Origin: a virus
Taxonomy: Duplodnaviria > Caudoviricetes
IMG/VR virus record: IMGVR_UViG_3300037067_026422
Strand: one strand, 5' to 3'
Length of the DNA stretch: 64,000 nt
Shown here: positions 17,701 to 25,868 of the stretch, piece by piece
How the letters are laid out: each line of letters opens with the position of its first letter
Position numbering within the stretch: the stretch's first letter is position 1
Translations under genes and position numbers: made by a program
The notes under the pieces: generated by a model
Databases searched by the model: none
Seen by the model: the letters and a program-made list of their open reading frames with translations, nothing else
What the model was told of the DNA's origin: nothing

Positions 17701-18497
17701 TATCTCTTATCAATCCTTACATAGTTTCTTTCCATTTCCATCGTAACGAACAAGCAACGCTTTTCAATCTTATATATCGCCCATGGACCATCCCTGCCCG
17801 TCGGATCCTGTTGGTCTATTTTTTCCTTTAAATAAAAGTATAGTGCCAGCGTATTCATCCCATCACCACCACCATAATAAACAGCCTTCTGCGGTGGGAT
17901 CATTTCAAAAGCCACGACAGACTTTTTACGCCCTTTCACACCCATATCATCAATTTCAAGCTGAGGTCGATTGAGGAGAGCCCCTGACAGATATTTTAAA
18001 CCTTTCTCTCTCCTGGAAGCATCTTCTACTGCTGCCATGAGAAAAGTATCCTCATACATTTCTTCACGATCTATGAAGATGCCATGATTCCTTAAAATCT
18101 GACCATCATATTTGAAGTTGTGAAAAACTAATACACAGCTAGCCACAAGCCTGGCAGTTTCCCGAAGCATAAAACTTAATGAAACATTGTATTCCTGAGC
18201 ATCCTCATGAGAGATAGGGATATATACCCCTTCATCTGGATCATGAGCCATGCATATCCCCACGATCCGTATAACAGGCTTACCCTCGGAATCAAGTCTC
18301 GTATTGAGACCTGTAGTCTCAAAATCGTATGAGCATATCCCCTTTTTTATACAGAGATCAATAAAAGCTTCAATATCTGTCTGCTTTTTAAGCAGTATGA
18401 ACTTCTTTGTTTTCATCCATGGACGAAGCTCTATAAGCTCTTTGACACTACTTTCTGTAAAATCATCTAAAAGTTTTGAGGCTATATCAATGGACAT
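14766..18497 (-). CDS. polA: DNA polymerase family A (3'-5' exonuclease + polymerase) with intein
   Basis: Exo I DFETTG, HNFKYD, TGRFS, motif A DYSGEELR, motif B RGIGKTLNFLTLYG, motif C IHDEI; no 5'-3' exonuclease; ~160-aa C-terminal extension. Confidence 0.95.
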   Translation of the reverse strand: MSIDIASKLLDDFTESSVKELIELRPWMKTKKFILLKKQTDIEAFIDLCIKKGICSYDFETTGLNTRLDSEGKPVIRIVGICMAHDPDEGVYIPISHEDAQEYNVSLSFMLRETARLVASCVLVFHNFKYDGQILRNHGIFIDREEMYEDTFLMAAVEDASRREKGLKYLSGALLNRPQLEIDDMGVKGRKKSVVAFEMIPPQKAVYYGGGDGMNTLALYFYLKEKIDQQDPTGRDGPWAIYKIEKRCLFVTMEMERNYVRIDKRYLEEVNIEVERRMQKLLKEIYTIVGHEFDINSAQQLGVILFDELKLPYPKKAERTKAGGYQTNGEVLEMVETKNPLMNMVLTYRGYVKVQSTYLHNWLINADENDEVKFKLNQVQADTGRFSGSGGYGVKIDGYCGVNCQNVPTYNKEDPHSINLRKAMIAHPGYKMLSIDYSGEELRVAANVSKEPKWLHEFLHGTGDLHTITGKIITGKSEITKRERGIGKTLNFLTLYGGGAGGFAAQAKIPYETAKKMIINFFKEYKGLSSWIQREWKAAKKRGYSKTAFGRRRSLGEFYNSPDKGIQAKGDRCAINSAVQGCLVKEERCLTDKYGYISIGTIKEFKDKGEHLKIWTGTTWASFDVLNRGKCQLATIELSNGMLLRCDTRHEVLVVGEKGYEFRHFKDLDENTDICVSIPLAKEFGSYPPRYEYKASVHNGKSFVIDSKEQWDFIAYLMGYVVGDDIRTNPRLSLKLNLEDERLKKYLPEINSKGLVDLFIELGYQPADSRPKRIPEMIFRSPISMRTAFIKGYFDTDDCNSFPYASGGVSELILDHHISISFPYASGGVSVALLRDTQLIGWSIGLPSIVRKVSEDTYKLEWQDLKKVEEVLGLPSTEWKRRSTINKMILPEFLRKEFQNKLYSVYDRKNVNDCAYFCKLNTGKKVTLPGMLLMMKKYGCELPSEIYYHYKLKKKTIIDKTEDTFTLSVHSDLHRFDSAGIISKNTGADVIKIALWRVYKWICENNLQEDIKILLPIHDEILFEVKEDKLDFVIPELCRIMKLRDLTDKLKWEVPFDVDAEYGDTFDVDHNYWEEYKEKIKKEGTGNFEVAHKTEPVVETSSDPATSDPAIVEPVSTTLSSADNYYKDITVKSMLVDGVDIKSDAHAVLNKTASNIADTLFKDAKIMDRIDAEGYFNYPMDIDPVSARQLRHILEIIRTGGDNLFIGPKQKLCILSRDGEIFYKSTDNISIDAFLILCIMYRI
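15543..16754 (-). mobile_element. Intein (404 aa) in PolA with degenerate LAGLIDADG endonuclease
   Basis: Inserted in NSAVQG|TGAD; starts CLVKEE, block B CDTRHEV, ends SAGIISKN|T; motifs YLMGYVVGDD and FIKGYFDTDD. Confidence 0.9.
16009..16096 (-). CRISPR. Type I-E-like mini-array (2 repeats, one 32-nt spacer) inside the intein coding sequence
   Basis: GTTTTCCCTACGCGAGTGG(G/A)GGTGTTTC at 16069-16096 and 16009-16036; spacer CGAGCTCATTCTCGATCATCACATAAGTATAA; translates as duplicated SFPYASGGVS. Confidence 0.85.
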
Positions 18498-19050
18498 GGC
18501 TACCTCTTATTTTCTCGAAAACTCTAAGCATACCATCCTTGAGCTTTACATATTGTACTTTAAATTTGTCATCTGGTATAACATACTTTAGCATCATATA
18601 GGCATAAACGAACTTAGCATATACATTTAAATCAATATCATCCCTTGCTGCCAAGATAGCCATTCGTAATCTTTCAAGGGACATTTTTCGTTCATCTACT
18701 TTTGGTTCTACTCTTACCTGTAACTTCCGTACATGTTCTTCAGTAGCTTCAGGCAATTTAGAAAGATCCAAAGAATAATCCTTAACTATCCTGCTTATCG
18801 CCTCACCAAACCCGATACCCTCCTTCTTCCTCACATAGGAGATAGCATCCCACTTTTCCTTGCATACCCAACAATATGCTGTATCTGTAGCTTTATAGTA
18901 TCGAGAGCTCTTTTTCCTATCTGCACCATGAAAAGGACAAGAAAACTGCTCCTCTTCCTGAGAGTTGGTTATTCTACCATCCAGTCTAAGCATCTCCCCC
19001 AAGGAAACCTGCTCTTTTATTAGACCTTTTACACTCTCGATATCTTTCAT
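18487..19050 (-). CDS. CHC2 zinc-finger protein (primase Zn-binding domain only)
   Basis: CPFH...S...YCWVC...DAI.YV...EGI.F.EA; no TOPRIM domain. Confidence 0.85.
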   Translation of the reverse strand: MKDIESVKGLIKEQVSLGEMLRLDGRITNSQEEEQFSCPFHGADRKKSSRYYKATDTAYCWVCKEKWDAISYVRKKEGIGFGEAISRIVKDYSLDLSKLPEATEEHVRKLQVRVEPKVDERKMSLERLRMAILAARDDIDLNVYAKFVYAYMMLKYVIPDDKFKVQYVKLKDGMLRVFEKIRGSHVH

Positions 19051-20582
19051 ACTAACGAGCTCATATCTATAAGATTATCGTTATTCTCAATGGCATGAGA
19101 AAAGTTCCAAATGAATCCTGTTTCATAATCTATACAGGCATCAAAAGGTTTGAATAGCTTATTCCTTCTATTCTTAAGGCAACATAACTTTAAGCGATTG
19201 TTGTCACCCTCTTCATCAAATTTATAAGTTGAAGCTACCAAATCAGCGCTACGTTCCACTTCATGGTTATTACTCAAAGCCGTAAGATCATACAACCCCT
19301 CATTTTTCTTAGCTTCACGATACCCGTCACGATTAGCCTGGTGAGGAGATAGTATTCTCATCCCTTTACCATTATTAAAAGTGAGGCATAATCTCTTAAG
19401 ACTCTTGACTACATTATTTGTAGTTTCATTGTGATCTCTGGAACGCTCCCCCTCATCCGCTCCCATAAGACTGATGTAATCTATGACCCCAAATTCCAGA
19501 TCTCTACCCGACATTTGTAAGTCTTGCTGATACTGCCTGAACTTTAAATCTATCTCGGATAATGTCGTAATGGTCTTTTCAGGCTGCCATATAAAAAATC
19601 TACCATATCCAGAGCTTTCAGTAGAAGAATCAAAATCTTCACAAACTCTGAAAAAGTATTCCTTTTCATCTTTTGACAGTCTTCCATATCTGACATTGTT
19701 ATAGGTGACTTTACCTACAAGATGAGCAAACTTAGGCCACAAGATTCTAAACTTTGGATTACAGGAGTGAAGTACATACATTTTATCACGCAGTTCACTG
19801 AATGTCATTTCAAGAGTGACAAAAGCTGTATTCCAACCCCCATATAAAGCCCGATAAGCCATGTTCAGTGAAAAGGTAGTTTTACAATGTCCCGTAAAGG
19901 CTGTAATGATCATCAGCTCACCTGATTTAAGCCCCCCTGTGGCATCATCAATCTCTTTAAGCCAGGTCTGGATCCCGATCGAATCCGTAGGACTCGATTC
20001 AGTCTTAGTGTACTTATCCCTAACTTCCTTAGAGTCCTCTTCACTTACTATCTGGCTCTCGGTTTTTATTCCTGTCAGATTCTGATGAATATTTCGAGTC
20101 TCTCGAGCAAAGTAGCTAATTGAATCCGAAATCCCCTTAAGCTTTGTCTTATGCTTGCCTTTCTGTACCTCCATACCTATGGAAGCTATCTTCTGGGCAT
20201 TATTGAGGACTTTCTCAAGTTCTAATACCTGTTGCTGCTCATTATAATCCTTGAGGATGGTCCTAAAATCCATACCTACATATGGCTGCTGAATTCGAAT
20301 CTTATCCAGGATCACCAGAACCGATTCACTACCCTCAATAGTTTGAAAATGATTTTTTACAAACTCATAAGATGGAACTGAAAATTCTTCAGCATCACAC
20401 TTCTTTACATAATCAAAGATAAAATAATAAAGACTTTTATAAGCTTTTTCTTCCGGGGGATACGGGATTATTTGCTGCAAAGCCCGGAAGTTCTTCATAC
20501 AATCCTTTTGGGAGATTGTTTCTATCCCGGCTTCTGTTTTTATATAAATAATGGATCTGAATATAATGTCTATCTCAATCAT
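19047..20582 (-). CDS. dnaB: DnaB-like replicative helicase
   Basis: GGLKSGEL..AFTGHCKT Walker A, VTLEM, VIDYISLM, HQANR, VERSAD, KNR. Confidence 0.9.
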   Translation of the reverse strand: MIEIDIIFRSIIYIKTEAGIETISQKDCMKNFRALQQIIPYPPEEKAYKSLYYFIFDYVKKCDAEEFSVPSYEFVKNHFQTIEGSESVLVILDKIRIQQPYVGMDFRTILKDYNEQQQVLELEKVLNNAQKIASIGMEVQKGKHKTKLKGISDSISYFARETRNIHQNLTGIKTESQIVSEEDSKEVRDKYTKTESSPTDSIGIQTWLKEIDDATGGLKSGELMIITAFTGHCKTTFSLNMAYRALYGGWNTAFVTLEMTFSELRDKMYVLHSCNPKFRILWPKFAHLVGKVTYNNVRYGRLSKDEKEYFFRVCEDFDSSTESSGYGRFFIWQPEKTITTLSEIDLKFRQYQQDLQMSGRDLEFGVIDYISLMGADEGERSRDHNETTNNVVKSLKRLCLTFNNGKGMRILSPHQANRDGYREAKKNEGLYDLTALSNNHEVERSADLVASTYKFDEEGDNNRLKLCCLKNRRNKLFKPFDACIDYETGFIWNFSHAIENNDNLIDMSSLV

Positions 20583-20593
20583 GGATTATCCTC

Positions 20594-21274
20594 TTATATA
20601 TTTGCTAGGCTATCATTTATTCCACTCTCAGTTTTTTTCATTCCTTCTTTTCTTGAAACATACCCCTTTAAATAGTCAAGATTATTCAAGCTTATCTTTT
20701 TGTATGAGTCAAAATAATATTTCAAATCTGGACTATACTCCCGAGTAGCTTCTATTGTGGTAAAATCACGAACATATACCCATGTAGGCTTAGATAGCCT
20801 GTTACGATTTTTTATCACCTCAGCAACACAATCTTTAAGACTTGTATATCGAGCAGTAGTAGTAAGAAGCAAGGCCAGCATATCATACTGATTCAGGTGA
20901 GACGTAGTAAGCCAATCTCCCGTAGTATCCTTGGGTACATTATACTTTTCTACAATAGTACCCCCCTCAAGGATAATGTAATTTTTATACATAAATCCTT
21001 TTAGAAAATAGCACTTTACAAGATAAAGAAAAATTTCTTCTGATCCATGAAAGATATAATCTTTATCTCCATAAAGATTGTGGACAGCTTCTGAATCTAT
21101 TGGATTTGCATCCCCTACAGGGGATAACATCCCATATTTCTTGCCTATGCAGAAATTAATCTGACAGAAACATGGCTCAGTATATGGATATAATGCACGA
21201 TGCCCGGATTCGACAACCTCTTTGAATCCGGTAGCAATATACCCAGTTCCATTACAGTACTTACAAGTTTCCAT
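20594..21274 (-). CDS. Putative helicase loader (DnaC/IstB-like, degenerate P-loop)
   Basis: N-terminal CKYCNGTG...PCFC, later EVIKNR....KPTW; directly upstream of dnaB; no Walker A seen. Confidence 0.5.
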   Translation of the reverse strand: METCKYCNGTGYIATGFKEVVESGHRALYPYTEPCFCQINFCIGKKYGMLSPVGDANPIDSEAVHNLYGDKDYIFHGSEEIFLYLVKCYFLKGFMYKNYIILEGGTIVEKYNVPKDTTGDWLTTSHLNQYDMLALLLTTTARYTSLKDCVAEVIKNRNRLSKPTWVYVRDFTTIEATREYSPDLKYYFDSYKKISLNNLDYLKGYVSRKEGMKKTESGINDSLANI

Positions 21275-21286
21275 AAACTATCTGCT

Positions 21287-24200
21287 CTATTTGAAAACAG
21301 AACTATATAGGGCATCAACCGTGCCCTCATCATCCTTAAACAGTATATTATCTTTAAAATCTATTGCACCCTCAGCTATATCACCTATGACATTACCTAT
21401 AAGATCCTTTTTAGAATCCAGTATCTGAAGCACATGTTCATCTATGGTTTTTTTATTTATCATATGAAGCAGTAATATGTGCTCACGAACGCTACCTATG
21501 CGCTGGGCCCGCCCTATAGACTGATAAAGGTCCCCATAAGACCATGGCGTGTCGTAATAGAGTATTACGCCAGCAGCTTGAAGATTGATCGCTGCTGATC
21601 CTGCCTGAGTAATAAAAATAACCTTGCAATCCTGATTCATGTCCTGAAATAATTTCTTGGAGTTATTACGGGCTATCGAATCATCATCTCCCGTGATCCT
21701 GACATGCTTTATCTCAAGCTCATCAAGAGTGTGTGCAAGTCGTTTGATACCCGATTTGAATCTGGTAAACACTATCGTTTTCTCCTCCGATAGCTCTTGC
21801 TCAAAAAGTCTCCGAAACTCTGTTTCTTTTGAACTCTCTCCCTCTTCCCCCAACCACCCTGGACCATTAGAAACAAGCTGACAATAGGATAATGCAGCAA
21901 TTTTATTTTTTAGAAGTCCGTCTTTTGTAAGGGATTCTTCATATCTAAGCTTAAGTAGCTCAAAAGTTTTACTCTCTTTTTCAGTCAACTCAGCCCTGCC
22001 ACTACAATACTCTTCAAACTTAAAGTACTTTTCTTTGATCAGTTTACGATAAAGCTCACCACTCAAAGCTTTCCTATATAATTGCTCCTGATCTTCAGAC
22101 ATTTCAAGTATAAGCTTTCTGGAGATAAGCTGTGGCAGTTCTGATGCAACATCACGAGTTTTACGCATCAAGAAGAAAGGGTCTATAAGATCCTTAAATT
22201 GTGCAAGATTCTTATATCCTACAGTTTTATTGAAATAACGCTTTCTTCCCTTTTGCCACAGAGTCATCTTCTTTCTTATAACGTATTCCCTATTAAATCC
22301 TATCTTTCCCGGGAATAATCCTGGCACTATTACTTTATATATATTATAAGGTTCCTCAAGCCGGTTCTTTATAATCGTAGCAGACATCCCATAAACGAAG
22401 GTGGCTTTTGAGGATATTTCATTAGCTCCGAACCATGTCTTAGTTGTACTGTTTTTGATCTCCTGTACTTCATCAAAGGCAACCTGAAACAACGTACCAC
22501 GATTTTCAGCCAAAAATATATAATCATCCTGCACGACATGATAGTTACAGATAAGAACATGGGCTTTTATATGATTATACTGCGCTTTCCGTGCTTCAAT
22601 CCCACGAAGAGTCTTATACTTCTTTCCAGACACTTTAAGCTCTTCGATAGAGCCATACTGATCTACGCCTTTTACCTTACCATATTGGTTGGTGAGGACG
22701 TGAACAGTAACTCCCTCACAGAATCTCTCAAACTCCTCTTTCCACTGCTCCATAGCCGATTTTGCAGTCACTACAAGAAGTTTCAGATTTGGAGTAGACA
22801 TAAGACGATAAGCATATGCAGTTATCATCTGAAGCGTATTATGATTAACGAAACCATTACCTATAAAATGATTCTCCACCGGGACATTAAAATCAGCAAA
22901 AACAGCTTTTACTGGTTCTATAGATACTATTTTATCAAAATAAAAGTTTTGATCTTGAATAAACTTTAATGTTGAATAATTCGAGACTATTTCTTTTAGA
23001 TTATATCTATCTATCTCTTGTATAAAAGAATCCAGCAATTCATAAGTCAGTCCTTTTTTCTTATAGATGACTTCTTCTAGCATTCTTTTTAAATGGTATC
23101 CAACCATACCTTTCCAACCAGACCCTTTAACTGAAAAACCTTTATGTTCTGGAAGAGTCTTTAAATGGGAGATTATATCATTTATTGCCTGTTTTACTAA
23201 AGGTTTCCCTATAGATATTATATCCAGATTAGAGTTTCTTTTTTTATTTATTACTTGGCTAAGAAATTCATTTTTCCTATTCGATATAAACCCTATAGTC
23301 TTCTGAAATTCCACAGCATCCCTACCGCAAAAATAAAGAAGAAAGTAAGGTCTCCGTTCATTTCCTACGCTTACCATTTTTTTCTTTAATCTTGATGTAA
23401 CCCCAAAGTTTAATAACAATAGTTGTGTTTGCTTTAGAAGTATCTGAGATTTTGAAGAGCAGCTAATTATGCCATTTGAAACCTCTACACTACCATTCCC
23501 CTCATAATATGCTCTTAAAAAAGCCCTAATAACAGATCTTGGGGAAGACAATATAGAATCTGGTACTTTTTGATCCCCAGACCTTGCCTCAAGGTTAATA
23601 CCTAATAACTCAAAGATCTTTACTATCTCCAAGCTATTTATAGTTATTTCTTCGTTGTAATTTAAAGTATTTTCGGATTGAACATAACCAAAAATACTTG
23701 ATAATAATTCCCGTATCTTTTTATGAATAGGAGGATCGAACTGAGTAATGACTATAGTATACTCACGTGAGCCGTGCCCCTCAGAGACATAGAAGCCTAG
23801 TAATTCCGCCAGATTCTCATCAAGATATGATGGGATCTTATACCCTTTAGAACGAGTACTGTTTTTTTCATACGTGATATTAACGTACTTGTCCGAGAAC
23901 AAACCACCTCTATAAATACAGGCGTAATCCCCTACACTCAAAGTATCAAGTCGCTTATATTCAAAAGAGTCAACAGTGGGAACATAAAGGGGATGATGCC
24001 CCAATCCTATTAGTTCATAACCTTTTTGAGTGGTTATTTTTAAGCCATCTTTTTCACCACAATAGTATATAGCCCCAGGTCTCTGAGGACCATTCATAGT
24101 TAAGATATCTAAAGCATGCAAAAAAGAATATAACTGATCTTCCTTAACATCAAGGGGTAACAAATCCTTAAGTTTTTTTAATCCATTAGTGGTCGGGATA

Positions 24201-24412
24201 TAAGATTCTACATCGATGCACTTTCCCAAACCTACACCATCTCCAAGAATCATTCGAGAAAGAGAAAGAAGATGTACAACCCCAATGGTCTGATACCCAC
24301 GAAGTTGCGTAGAGGGGTTTAGATATTTGCAGGGCTTAAGACTTGCTTTTTTGGACTGACGGAGCTTTTTGAGAAAAGCATAATTAGACGGTTTGCTGCT
24401 AACGCCAGCCAT
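21287..24412 (-). CDS. SNF2-family helicase with intein
   Basis: LRGYQ, GDGVGLGK|T, DEVQ, MSAT, AAINLQAA, QSIGRAQRIG. Confidence 0.92.
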   Translation of the reverse strand: MAGVSSKPSNYAFLKKLRQSKKASLKPCKYLNPSTQLRGYQTIGVVHLLSLSRMILGDGVGLGKCIDVESYIPTTNGLKKLKDLLPLDVKEDQLYSFLHALDILTMNGPQRPGAIYYCGEKDGLKITTQKGYELIGLGHHPLYVPTVDSFEYKRLDTLSVGDYACIYRGGLFSDKYVNITYEKNSTRSKGYKIPSYLDENLAELLGFYVSEGHGSREYTIVITQFDPPIHKKIRELLSSIFGYVQSENTLNYNEEITINSLEIVKIFELLGINLEARSGDQKVPDSILSSPRSVIRAFLRAYYEGNGSVEVSNGIISCSSKSQILLKQTQLLLLNFGVTSRLKKKMVSVGNERRPYFLLYFCGRDAVEFQKTIGFISNRKNEFLSQVINKKRNSNLDIISIGKPLVKQAINDIISHLKTLPEHKGFSVKGSGWKGMVGYHLKRMLEEVIYKKKGLTYELLDSFIQEIDRYNLKEIVSNYSTLKFIQDQNFYFDKIVSIEPVKAVFADFNVPVENHFIGNGFVNHNTLQMITAYAYRLMSTPNLKLLVVTAKSAMEQWKEEFERFCEGVTVHVLTNQYGKVKGVDQYGSIEELKVSGKKYKTLRGIEARKAQYNHIKAHVLICNYHVVQDDYIFLAENRGTLFQVAFDEVQEIKNSTTKTWFGANEISSKATFVYGMSATIIKNRLEEPYNIYKVIVPGLFPGKIGFNREYVIRKKMTLWQKGRKRYFNKTVGYKNLAQFKDLIDPFFLMRKTRDVASELPQLISRKLILEMSEDQEQLYRKALSGELYRKLIKEKYFKFEEYCSGRAELTEKESKTFELLKLRYEESLTKDGLLKNKIAALSYCQLVSNGPGWLGEEGESSKETEFRRLFEQELSEEKTIVFTRFKSGIKRLAHTLDELEIKHVRITGDDDSIARNNSKKLFQDMNQDCKVIFITQAGSAAINLQAAGVILYYDTPWSYGDLYQSIGRAQRIGSVREHILLLHMINKKTIDEHVLQILDSKKDLIGNVIGDIAEGAIDFKDNILFKDDEGTVDALYSSVFK
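22838..24220 (-). mobile_element. Intein (461 aa) with LAGLIDADG endonuclease in helicase Walker A
   Basis: GLGK|CIDVES...GNGFVNHN|T; motifs LLGFYVSEG and FLRAYYEGNG. Confidence 0.93.
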
Positions 24413-24627
24413 CAGGTATCCCCCTGTTCGGATTTCCAGAAACTAACCTTCATCAGGTCATAAGACTAATCAATAAAATAAAAGCTAATCCAAAAATGAC
24501 AGGCTATGCGTTAGGAGATTTTTTCAAATTAAAAAAATTTGAAGTTATATTCGTAACCCCTTATCCACCCTAAAAATAAGTACGGGTGCTTCTTTCCTAT
24601 CTCCCTGTCGAAGTTTAACTATCAATA

Positions 24628-24656
24628 AAACTATATACAAAAAAAAGTACTGTCAA
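24628..24656 (-). promoter_or_regulatory. Sigma70-type promoter ahead of the replication operon
   Basis: TTGACA-N17-TAGTTT in the 265-nt intergenic gap. Confidence 0.6.
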
Positions 24657-24677
24657 CGACTTTATCTAAAATACTTT

Positions 24678-25865
24678 TTAAGGTGTCCCAAGCTGCTGAA
24701 ATTGCTTCATTGCTTGAGCCATTTCATCATATTTTTTAGCTTTAGTTCGGGATTGGGTAGCTAGAGCTTTAAACTCTGCTACATCCGTCTTCGGGTTACC
24801 CCCAATACCTTTCACAGTAGTCCCCGTGGATATAGCATCCTTATTGGTCGAATCTTCCCTATACTGGGCTATAACACTCCGAGTCATCCTCTGAATATCA
24901 AATGAAAATTTTTTGACTGGTTCAGCCATAAGACTTCCTTTTGGTTGATCTATAATGTCACCTTCATTTCTTTCGGTCTTATTTTCATCCACGGGCTCAA
25001 AAATACCCCTATCCGGAGCATTTTTGGACTTCTCTTCAAGAGGATGCTCTTGCTGTGTAGCCTGCTGCATCTTTTGAAGTGCCGGGCCTACAACTTTATT
25101 AAAAACATCCTGACCCCCCTGGTAATATCCTCCCTGAACATCATCCTCTTTAGGCTGACTTCCATCCGGCATCCGCAAACCCCCCACATTACCCTGCCCA
25201 ACCCAAATTCGATACTGATCGAACATTTGAACAAAATCTTTATACTGTTCAGCATTACCCTGTGGCATAAAACCTTTATTTATAGCCAAACGAGCTATAT
25301 TAGCTGGAGGCTCCGCATTTACATAAACTGAATCACTGGAAGTATCCAGGTTAATGATCTGTCTTGATCCATCCATCTTATATATCGCAAGATCTGCCTC
25401 AATCTGTCGAGCAGGTATAAGATTATCTGGATATACTCTCTCAGTCCCTGCAGATTTTCTACCATCATTGGTGAGACCACACTCATATGCCACTACTTTT
25501 TCCTCACCGCGTGAGTATTGATTAGTGACTATAATTAACTTTTTCCATTGAAAATAATCCGCATGAAAAGCCCCAGTATTGCCCCCCTGAAGCTTCTTTA
25601 TGAGAGATTCTTTCTCACCCCGAGTATCCTCTGATTCAGAATTCAAAATACTTGCTACCCCATCAAAATTGATACTCATCTCTTTTGGTGCCAAATAATA
25701 ATAATATCTACGGGTATAGGGTAAAATCTGCTTTTGAGTTTCTGCCGGAACTTGTTCTTTACTTTGTGTATCAGTATCCACTGGTGGTGCCTGCTCAGGA
25801 ATAGAAGTTTCCTTACCTGCCGTGAACATCCTTAACACATGATTCAAAATCTTCTTATCGACCAT
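24678..25865 (-). CDS. Hypothetical protein (possibly virion-associated)
   Basis: 395-aa ORF at the end of the structural operon. Confidence 0.75.
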   Translation of the reverse strand: MVDKKILNHVLRMFTAGKETSIPEQAPPVDTDTQSKEQVPAETQKQILPYTRRYYYYLAPKEMSINFDGVASILNSESEDTRGEKESLIKKLQGGNTGAFHADYFQWKKLIIVTNQYSRGEEKVVAYECGLTNDGRKSAGTERVYPDNLIPARQIEADLAIYKMDGSRQIINLDTSSDSVYVNAEPPANIARLAINKGFMPQGNAEQYKDFVQMFDQYRIWVGQGNVGGLRMPDGSQPKEDDVQGGYYQGGQDVFNKVVGPALQKMQQATQQEHPLEEKSKNAPDRGIFEPVDENKTERNEGDIIDQPKGSLMAEPVKKFSFDIQRMTRSVIAQYREDSTNKDAISTGTTVKGIGGNPKTDVAEFKALATQSRTKAKKYDEMAQAMKQFQQLGTP

Positions 25866-25868
25866 ATC

